The notes beneath the pieces were generated by a model. The model made no database searches, had not been told where the DNA came from, and was given only the letters and a program-made list of their open reading frames with translations. The position numbers and the translations under genes were made by a program. From an uncultured virus (IMG/VR IMGVR_UViG_3300025327_000500) (Duplodnaviria; Heunggongvirae; Uroviricota; Caudoviricetes), in the IMG/VR virus record IMGVR_UViG_3300025327_000500: a DNA stretch of 64,000 nucleotides. One strand, written 5' to 3'. Shown here piece by piece: positions 16,045-23,186 of the stretch; the first letter of the stretch is position 1, and every line of letters starts with the position of its first letter.

Positions 16045-16353
16045 ATGCCAGTACAATTAAGAGCAGTTGAAACTAAATTATTATTTGAGCGGCATGATCC
16101 AGTTATTGTATCAAAGAAATTTGAAGCCAATCTTATGAGTGGAGATTCGTTACATGTAACGACTTTGTTTGAATGCAATGGTGTTGACGTGATTGGTGAC
16201 GAACCATATATAGCTTCACTTGGTTTAGATGCTCTTTGGAAAACAAAACATAGATTTGACCGTATAATGAAAGAATATAAACTTATATCTGATTCTTCCC
16301 ATAAGCGTTTTCCAAGCGAGTTACGAAGAGTATTAGATTCTTACATTGAGTAA
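16045..16353 (+). CDS. hypothetical protein
   Basis: AAGGA RBS. Confidence 0.6.
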   Translation: MPVQLRAVETKLLFERHDPVIVSKKFEANLMSGDSLHVTTLFECNGVDVIGDEPYIASLGLDALWKTKHRFDRIMKEYKLISDSSHKRFPSELRRVLDSYIE

Positions 16354-16376
16354 GTCGCATGAAAGGATAAAATATA

Positions 16377-16601
16377 ATGGATAAGACAGAGTTTTTCTTA
16401 TGGGTAATAGCAGTGTTGTCAATAGTGGGATTTGTATTTATGATGGTTATTGTAGTTAGTGATTATGTTCAATGTGAGAGATTTGGAACAGAATTTGCAG
16501 TGAGAACTAAAATACTAAATGGAGATTGTTACCTGGAACTCAGGGATGGTTACCTTATCAGACAGGATAAATATTTAGAGCTTATAGAGGGAAAATATTA
16601 G
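16377..16601 (+). CDS. small membrane-anchored protein
   Basis: N-terminal TM then C...C.L...DG; similar to 26252-26503. Confidence 0.6.
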   Translation: MDKTEFFLWVIAVLSIVGFVFMMVIVVSDYVQCERFGTEFAVRTKILNGDCYLELRDGYLIRQDKYLELIEGKY

Positions 16602-16646
16602 GCAGATGTAGTATAATAACTGAAGTTGATTCCGCCTCTCCTCTCT

Positions 16647-16689
16647 AAAACTACCTTTATGGTTTTCTCCTTCCATAGAGGTAGTTTTT
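16647..16689. terminator. bidirectional intrinsic terminator, possibly the 3' end of a small RNA
   Basis: AAAACTACCTTTATGG...CCATAGAGGTAGTTTT between convergent genes. Confidence 0.7.
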
Positions 16690-16694
16690 ATTTA

Positions 16695-17318
16695 TTATGT
16701 CAGAAGATCGAACCTGTTGTGGAATTGTTGGAACTTACCAAGAGATGGTCTTTTGGTAGGCCAGCAGAAATAAATATTTTTCTGTTTAGCCAGACTAAAA
16801 GGAATAATGAAGAAATCTTCAGTGGTAGAGATATAGAATATAAAGAAATCCAAATCTTCTTTTGATCTATTGTTGAAATGATATTGTAGGCTGATAGTTT
16901 TAGGAGAGGTTTTGCACGCCACTCCAGCCTGGCTGATCTTTACTTTGTGTTTACCATTAATAAGAATTACACCTTTAGATAATCTGGTAAAGGAGATACC
17001 CATTTCTTTCAGCTTGCGCAGCACATTAATGTTGTAAGTACTGTAATTAGAATAATTATTTAATGCCTGATGGGTATAACCAGGATTACATCCAATTATT
17101 TCAGTAACCTCTGCTACAGAAAGAGTATATAGATCAGGGATAGAATTAATTTTATCTTTTATATCGAGAGTTATTCTACCGGTACTGCCAAGAATTTGTA
17201 GAACTCGTTGTCTAGAGATACCAAATCTATTTCCAATCTCTTGCAGAGATAGACGATCTATAAATCTAAGTCTTTCTATTTCAGCAATATCTAAGGGATT
17301 TCTTTTCTGAGACGCCAT
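16695..17318 (-). CDS. HTH (sigma70 region 4-like) protein with possible PD-(D/E)xK-like C-terminal domain
   Basis: SLQEIGNRFGISRQRVLQIL; C-terminal DFFIFY....FFIIP pattern. Confidence 0.6.
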   Translation of the reverse strand: MASQKRNPLDIAEIERLRFIDRLSLQEIGNRFGISRQRVLQILGSTGRITLDIKDKINSIPDLYTLSVAEVTEIIGCNPGYTHQALNNYSNYSTYNINVLRKLKEMGISFTRLSKGVILINGKHKVKISQAGVACKTSPKTISLQYHFNNRSKEDLDFFIFYISTTEDFFIIPFSLAKQKNIYFCWPTKRPSLGKFQQFHNRFDLLT

Positions 17319-17339
17319 AGTATTATTTTCTCCTTTTTA

Positions 17340-17774
17340 TTAGTGAAATAGACGGTGATACATAACAATTGATCCGGCGACTGCAACGTTATAGGATAAC
17401 ACGTTTACTGCATCCAAGGATATAATGGTTTGGCATTCTGCTAAAATTTCTGGTGGCAGACCAAAATCTTCAGCGCCTAATAAATAGATTGCGCTCTTGG
17501 GATGTGCAAAGTTAGATAACAGACCTCCACCCATTTCAATTCCTACTAAGACTGCATTAGCAGGCAATACTTGTTTGAATTGCTCAAAACTTTCATAATG
17601 TCGCAAAGGAATGTGACGAAAGGTTTTAGTGGTATCGCTGCTTTCGTGTGTATAACGCCTCTCGATTGTAAATATTCCAGAAGCCCCCAATTGGTATGCA
17701 GAACGCCAGAGAGTACCAATATTCTCCTCTTTTTTAGTTTTATAGATTCCAATCTCAAAATATCCATTTTTCAT
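17340..17774 (-). CDS. SpoU/TrmH-family (SPOUT) RNA methyltransferase
   Basis: NIGTLWRSA, LLGAEDFGL, SYNVAVAGSIVMY. Confidence 0.9.
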   Translation of the reverse strand: MKNGYFEIGIYKTKKEENIGTLWRSAYQLGASGIFTIERRYTHESSDTTKTFRHIPLRHYESFEQFKQVLPANAVLVGIEMGGGLLSNFAHPKSAIYLLGAEDFGLPPEILAECQTIISLDAVNVLSYNVAVAGSIVMYHRLFH

Positions 17775-17812
17775 AGTATCTTCTCCTAGTATATAATCTA
17801 AATCTATAAGAT

Positions 17813-17840
17813 ATTATACCACATTCAAGTATATTGTCAA
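17813..17840 (-). promoter_or_regulatory. consensus sigma70 promoter for the SPOUT gene
   Basis: TTGACA-16 nt-TATAAT with TGn. Confidence 0.75.
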
Positions 17841-17939
17841 TAGTCCAATTTTGAGAAAAATTAATTTTATAAAAAGTCAGCACGGCCCGTATAAATGGGG
17901 TTTCGCCTTCGTTCGCTACTTCTGGCGGATGAGTAAACT

Positions 17940-17987
17940 CTAATCTAAGTCTAATCTTAATCTAATCAATCATTCACCTGGCTCTCA
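17940..17987 (+). repeat. five YTMA boxes phased at 11 bp
   Basis: CTAA 17940, CTAA 17951, CTAA 17962, TTCA 17973, CTCA 17984. Confidence 0.6.
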
Positions 17988-18210
17988 TATAAGCCTCTAA
18001 TCAATCGATCACTTGAATACTTACCTTATACTCATGTAGTTGTCAGACAGGTGTAGGGTATATAGGGTATAAACGGGCAGGTATGGCTATATATGGGGGA
18101 TGCTGTCCCTGATAAATGAGAGTAGGGTAGCACAGATGATAGGTTACTCATAAATGGATTGACAGGGGGTGAGCCTACATTTAGACTGACAACCATGCAT
18201 GGATTTTTGG

Positions 18211-18272
18211 TTTTTTGGGTTAGTTCAACCTTCCAGGGTAGTACCTGGAGGGCAGGTTCATATTTCAGAGAG
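18211..18272 (+). repeat. 62-bp direct repeat copy 1 (hairpin with variable 8-nt centre)
   Basis: 26 identical nt + GGTAGTAC + 28 identical nt versus copy 2. Confidence 0.9.
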
Positions 18273-18287
18273 AGAGAGGATAAGAAA

Positions 18288-18434
18288 ATGAAGGCTAGAC
18301 TATGTGTGGGTAGGTCTCTTGTTGAGCGTCGGTTTGTTTTTGGTAAGTTCATTGGGGGTATGTATTTGGAGGTGCGGTTAATCGGGATTAGGGTTTACTT
18401 GGAGGTGAAGCATCCCTCAATTCGCCCGTGGTAG
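18288..18434 (+). CDS. small early protein
   Basis: GAGGA RBS at the end of repeat copy 1; MKARLCVG... Confidence 0.45.
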   Translation: MKARLCVGRSLVERRFVFGKFIGGMYLEVRLIGIRVYLEVKHPSIRPW

Positions 18435-18453
18435 TAGTAGTTTGTATCTCTGT

Positions 18454-18515
18454 TTTTTTGGGTTAGTTCAACCTTCCAGATGCGTTACTGGAGGGCAGGT
18501 TCATATTTCAGAGAG
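18454..18515 (+). repeat. 62-bp direct repeat copy 2
   Basis: 26 identical nt + ATGCGTTA + 28 identical nt. Confidence 0.9.
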
Positions 18516-18526
18516 GATGGATAAAA

Positions 18527-18760
18527 ACGTTAAATTGTAGACTGGTTGATGATATAACGGGGGAAATATTATCTGATACGTGGACATATGAGAATGTATC
18601 AGAAATGCGGATATCCGATTTTAATTCTTACCTATCTGGATTGTTGGCTGCACATCGTAAATATCCGGTCGATGCCATACGTTGTCAAATATGGCAAGAG
18701 GGTAATTATGAGCTTGCAGGATATTTCACTTTTGAACAATTGAAAGGATGGATAAAATGA
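18527..18760 (+). CDS. 77-codon ORF with ACG at the expected start
   Basis: RBS context GGATGGATAAAA shared with the next gene; its stop overlaps the next ATG. Confidence 0.4.
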   Translation, partial: TLNCRLVDDITGEILSDTWTYENVSEMRISDFNSYLSGLLAAHRKYPVDAIRCQIWQEGNYELAGYFTFEQLKGWIK

Positions 18761-18870
18761 AACACAGATCGTACCAGGATAATGAAAGCGTGTTGTGGGC
18801 CGTTATCGTCTTGATAACATGCCTGGTATCCATAGCGTATAAATTAGTTCATTAGAGAGGATGAATCAGA

Positions 18871-19053
18871 ATGAATACTCAAAATCCAAACCAATACTAT
18901 GAACCTAAAACTATTCAACCCACTGGTAAGGCAATTTATACCTCTAATGGATGGATAGCTATCCATGAGGTCAAGCCTAAGTCGGGTTGTGGTAGTACTC
19001 TCTTAGTAGTGTTATCTATCGTTACGATAATCGCTTTTCGGTTAGTTTCGTAA
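18871..19053 (+). CDS. small membrane protein
   Basis: GAGG RBS; C-terminal TM. Confidence 0.55.
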   Translation: MNTQNPNQYYEPKTIQPTGKAIYTSNGWIAIHEVKPKSGCGSTLLVVLSIVTIIAFRLVS

Positions 19054-19226
19054 CGCTATTGTTATAGTGTGGATTTTACACTAAGAAAAGGAGTAGAAAA
19101 TGAAGAATCCTAAAAAAGTCAAAATCAAAGTCAATAATCTTAATACTATACCTCTCAAGAGTGTACGTATTCAACATAATGTTTATAACCGTAAAGCCAA
19201 CAACAAAAAATAAGGAGAATAAAAAA

Positions 19227-19790
19227 ATGATACATCTGCCAAAAGAAGTGATAGATAATATTTTTGTGGAAGCCTGTGTTGATGGATACCATCAACAAAA
19301 GGCGCTCATTGCGTTGTATAAGGTGGCTTTCCCAAATTGGGATAATATTCGTAAACTTTCAGGCTGGCCTAAAATTTCCGTGGAAACATGGAAATACATT
19401 CACTCTAAATTTTCACCTCTAGATCGTAAATATCATCCTAACTGTATGGCGGGGGGACTATGGTTTAATTCAGGCTTTGGAAACGATAAGACTATAGCAG
19501 ACTGGATGATTGCACCTATTGAGCCTGAAAAAATCCTGTATAAAAACCAAAAAAATCGTATTCAACGAATCTACATTTACTATTCGTGGTATGAGGACAA
19601 AAAAGCCGACACAAAAGAACTTATAACACGAATACAATTTGTCCGCCCATTTGAGCTTGGAACTACTAAAACATGGTTTTATCCGCATGGGCTATATAGC
19701 CTGCTGCGGGTCGCTAAACTCGCAGCAAGCGCACAAGAGGCTAAACTTGATGCTAAAAATCAATTCAAAGAATATATCCTGTCAGTATAA
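19227..19790 (+). CDS. hypothetical early protein
   Basis: AAGGAG RBS before ATG 19227. Confidence 0.65.
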   Translation: MIHLPKEVIDNIFVEACVDGYHQQKALIALYKVAFPNWDNIRKLSGWPKISVETWKYIHSKFSPLDRKYHPNCMAGGLWFNSGFGNDKTIADWMIAPIEPEKILYKNQKNRIQRIYIYYSWYEDKKADTKELITRIQFVRPFELGTTKTWFYPHGLYSLLRVAKLAASAQEAKLDAKNQFKEYILSV

Positions 19791-19805
19791 AAATGGAGGC
19801 CAAAA

Positions 19806-20276
19806 ATGACAACGATTAACCATTGGGGTAAATGGGTAGATTCGGAAGTTCCTATCACTGGCGTGTATAACTCAAATGATATCGCATGGGAAATGATATC
19901 GGATGAAATTTGTCTTGATTGCGAACAAATGTATAAAGCGCATAGTGATACAGATGAGTACAATCCTGAATGTGAAAACTGTCAGGAATGTGAAGGATTT
20001 TGTTTAGACTGGATTGAATGCATCGAACATGATAAGCTGTTGGGGGACTGGATTTTGGATACTAAAACCGGTGAATACGAAATTGATAAAAAAGGGGAAT
20101 TTAGCGCAATTGAAAACGGTAGTATGTATACCATACAGGTTGTTTGGAGTAAATCCACGTCTCGCCATGCGCTTTGCTCCCCATGCTACCCAGGCCAAGG
20201 GGATGTTGACTCGGAGGGTGAGTTTTTGACATACACCTTACCAGATTATTTGCTTAATCATATAGTCACCGGTTGA
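19806..20276 (+). CDS. acidic Cys-rich hypothetical protein
   Basis: GGAGG RBS; CLDC, CENCQEC, CSPCYPG. Confidence 0.7.
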   Translation: MTTINHWGKWVDSEVPITGVYNSNDIAWEMISDEICLDCEQMYKAHSDTDEYNPECENCQECEGFCLDWIECIEHDKLLGDWILDTKTGEYEIDKKGEFSAIENGSMYTIQVVWSKSTSRHALCSPCYPGQGDVDSEGEFLTYTLPDYLLNHIVTG

Positions 20277-20300
20277 CAAGTTTTTTCTACATTTTCACTG

Positions 20301-20330
20301 AAGTAGACCCTCATTTTAGGGTCTACTTTT
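20301..20330 (+). terminator. intrinsic terminator
   Basis: AAGTAGACCCT-loop-AGGGTCTACTTTT. Confidence 0.75.
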
Positions 20331-20441
20331 CGTTTATACCCTATAAATTAATTGGCTTACACGATAGAAAAATGGTGGGAATACGCATATAAATGAAGGA
20401 TAATGAAAATAGAGGCGCCTATACGCATAAGCGGATGGGGG

Positions 20442-20510
20442 TTAGTGTGGATTTGACACTAAGGCTTAGTGTAGAAATGACAATAAGCCTTAGTGTGGAT
20501 TTGACACTAA
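20442..20510. promoter_or_regulatory. three tandem 21-bp palindromic operator-like sites
   Basis: TTAGTGT-N7-ACACTAA at 20442, 20466 (variant) and 20490; fourth copy at 19064. Confidence 0.7.
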
Positions 20511-20675
20511 CTCACCTCGAATCCTCGAAAAATAGAATTTATATGACTGCAATAACTTTTTTGGAAACTGCAATACTGCAATAAAAATTTCTGGAAATTA
20601 ATTATTAGAAAATAAATGTGTTAATGTGTTTTTGGATAAATCGAGTATATAATAAAAACAAAAAAGGAGTGTATT

Positions 20676-20870
20676 ATGATCTACACAATTAAACTAATTC
20701 ATCATGTACCACCAGCGGGGGGATACCCAAAATATGACGAAGTATGGGAAACCAACGGCTTTACACTTGAGCAGGCGAAAGAACGAGGATATGCACTCCT
20801 TGAAAAATTAGGTTTTGATTGCATAACAAAAGTAAAACCTGATGAGTGGATTATTGAAAAGTTGAGCTAA
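20676..20870 (+). CDS. hypothetical early protein
   Basis: TATAAT at 20648 and AAGGAG RBS. Confidence 0.65.
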   Translation: MIYTIKLIHHVPPAGGYPKYDEVWETNGFTLEQAKERGYALLEKLGFDCITKVKPDEWIIEKLS

Positions 20871-20916
20871 AAATCAAGTATATAATTTGTGTAAATAAAA
20901 GAAAAGAGGTGCAAAC

Positions 20917-21201
20917 ATGACAACCATTAGAGACGCATACAAACAGGGTTATGATGTAGGTTATGATATTGCAAGCGAAAATATCCATGATTTCCGCCCA
21001 GGTGAGAACAATAAAGAAGAATTTGTTTCTTTATGTTGCGTGATTGAATCCGATCATTACCGGCAGTTCTCGCCATTCGAGTTTACTGCAAAAGAATTTA
21101 ATGAGAGTCGGAATCCTGACCGAGTTTGGGAAAGTTATGAGGACGGAGTATATAAAGGCGTTCTAAAACGAATAAAAGAATATTTTAGAAATGGAGGATA
21201 A
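20917..21201 (+). CDS. hypothetical early protein
   Basis: GAGGT RBS. Confidence 0.65.
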   Translation: MTTIRDAYKQGYDVGYDIASENIHDFRPGENNKEEFVSLCCVIESDHYRQFSPFEFTAKEFNESRNPDRVWESYEDGVYKGVLKRIKEYFRNGG

Positions 21202-21209
21202 ATAAAACA

Positions 21210-21515
21210 ATGTTAATCGAAGAACAATATCGTAATGCAACAGAAAATTATATGATAGGGGAATCAGGTTTATTTGAGCCGTTTACCGATAATATCGGTA
21301 AATTGTTCCACACTTTTCAACGTAACTATGGTAGGTGCATCAGTAAAGTATACGTTGACAATCCTGATAAAACTGCAAAAGCTATCGGATGGGTTTTCGA
21401 GAAGTTAGCAAAGTATGAGGATACAGGAGAAAAATATCTGCAAGAAGTGTGGATTACATTACACGAATCACGGCCCACAGAAACTACTGAATACCATTAC
21501 ATAGAACTGCAATAA
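21210..21515 (+). CDS. hypothetical early protein
   Basis: GGAGG upstream, operon packing. Confidence 0.65.
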   Translation: MLIEEQYRNATENYMIGESGLFEPFTDNIGKLFHTFQRNYGRCISKVYVDNPDKTAKAIGWVFEKLAKYEDTGEKYLQEVWITLHESRPTETTEYHYIELQ

Positions 21516-21537
21516 ATAAAAAGGAGAATAAAATAAC

Positions 21538-21759
21538 ATGAAAATTAGGACAATCAAATCAAATATGACTGAACTAGAAATAAATGGTGCAACCATTTTA
21601 TTTTCGTATGAAACACCTGTTGCAGCGAATGTAAAAGGTAAATTCTATCGCACACAAACAAAATGGAGTGTTACCACTAGCAAACATATTAATCAGTGGT
21701 TAAACGGTGCAAAAGCTGAATTAAAACCACAATCGTTTTTCGATGATCTTGTAAAATAA
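21538..21759 (+). CDS. hypothetical early protein
   Basis: AAGGAG RBS; FSYETPVA...WSVTTSKHIN. Confidence 0.65.
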   Translation: MKIRTIKSNMTELEINGATILFSYETPVAANVKGKFYRTQTKWSVTTSKHINQWLNGAKAELKPQSFFDDLVK

Positions 21760-21856
21760 AATGGATAACTTTTCTTGGATTATGCTTATAATTGCAATAA
21801 TCCTGTTTATTCTTACAGGATACCATATTAGAAAGTTACCGAAAGGATAAAATAAT

Positions 21857-22141
21857 ATGACTGATACACAAATACGTTTAGATTATTCCTTCGAATTATC
21901 TTGTCATATTAATAGTGAAGATTTCAAAAATGTGCGCCAGGCCATAGCTAAAGGCATTGATTCACGATTGACAGGATTTACTAAATCAAGGTTTACATAT
22001 AAGGATGAAAGACTTTATTGTTGGATACACTCAAGCGAGATTGAAGTTCTAATCAGAAGATTGTTAGAATTAGAAATGGAATCGGCTGAACAATTAGCTG
22101 ATGACATTGTACTAATACAATACGGAAAAGAAACAATCTAA
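21857..22141 (+). CDS. hypothetical early protein
   Basis: AAGGA RBS. Confidence 0.65.
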   Translation: MTDTQIRLDYSFELSCHINSEDFKNVRQAIAKGIDSRLTGFTKSRFTYKDERLYCWIHSSEIEVLIRRLLELEMESAEQLADDIVLIQYGKETI

Positions 22142-22247
22142 ATTCTGATTCTCATTCACTTCTAACTTCGTAATAATGCGAGGTTTATTTTTATAGACTA
22201 TAATTGCTTTTAGAAGATATTTCTATTCCAAAAAGGAGCGAAAAAAT

Positions 22248-22544
22248 ATGCCTAAAAAACTCAAAGAACGTTTTGGCTATACTGCAACAGAAATTGAAAG
22301 TATTTTAGCTCATATTGAATCCTATGCAGCTAAAAAGCAAAAATTTTATCCACCTTATACTATAGTTTCTGGTAATAATATAATGACAATCACCAGCTTG
22401 ACGGGCATTTATTGGGTATATATCAGTTTAACAGGCGAACATCATCCTCAAGAAATTACTACATATGAAAGGGGAAAATTACGATTGGTAACAGATGAAA
22501 TATTTAGAAAAATGAAAAGAATAAAAGAATATGGTTATGCCTAA
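22248..22544 (+). CDS. hypothetical protein
   Basis: AAGGAG RBS. Confidence 0.6.
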   Translation: MPKKLKERFGYTATEIESILAHIESYAAKKQKFYPPYTIVSGNNIMTITSLTGIYWVYISLTGEHHPQEITTYERGKLRLVTDEIFRKMKRIKEYGYA

Positions 22545-22565
22545 AAAACAATGTGCAATAAATCT

Positions 22566-22609
22566 CTAACCAAACTCTAAAGTAAATACTGCAATATCTA
22601 TTATATAAT
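22566..22609 (+). promoter_or_regulatory. promoter: CTAA-N7-CTAA box + TATAAT
   Basis: Box 22566-22580; TATAAT at 22604. Confidence 0.55.
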
Positions 22610-22639
22610 AACTGTATACTGCAAAAAGGAGAGTGCAAT

Positions 22640-23008
22640 ATGAAAATAGAATATAATGGCGAGTTTGTGCGCTCACATGATAGTTTTGCTGGTGGTAGAA
22701 TTTTAGTTGCCCCTGCAATAAATGAAGATTATTGGATTATTCGAGTTCCAGTATCTAAAAATCAAGCGATTGTGTGTTTTCCTAAATTTGGAACAATCGG
22801 AATTGGTTTTCAACATGAAGAAGATTGGAATACGAATCTACCTTATACAAGTGAGGCAGAAAAAATTTACGATCATATCAAACACAATAAAGGCAATAAG
22901 AATATCCGAAGAGAAACTTGTATTGCTGCAATTTTATTACTGCAAAAAGAAATTGAAAATCCTAATCTTAATGAGCTGGGTTTACAAATAAAAAGGAGTA
23001 ACTATTGA
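22640..23008 (+). CDS. hypothetical protein
   Basis: AAGGAG RBS. Confidence 0.65.
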   Translation: MKIEYNGEFVRSHDSFAGGRILVAPAINEDYWIIRVPVSKNQAIVCFPKFGTIGIGFQHEEDWNTNLPYTSEAEKIYDHIKHNKGNKNIRRETCIAAILLLQKEIENPNLNELGLQIKRSNY

Positions 23009-23186
23009 TGGACAAGACCCAAAATAAAAATATAGTTGCTGGAAGTTTAGAGGCTATAGCATACGAATTTTTTCACTTTGTAGATGAAATATTTCATGCT
23101 ATTGGACTTGATAACTTTACATTAGGTTGTCAGTTCTGCCAATGGGCACATAGAAAAGACTAAACTGCAAAAGGAGCAAAGAAAAT

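Noticed and set aside
18211..20510. CRISPR array in the 62-bp or 21-bp repeats
   Set aside because: Only 2-3 units, spacers of 3 nt or 181 nt, and no cas genes.
20393..20584. 63-aa ORF with repeated SVDLTL
   Set aside because: Simply the translation of the palindromic operator array.
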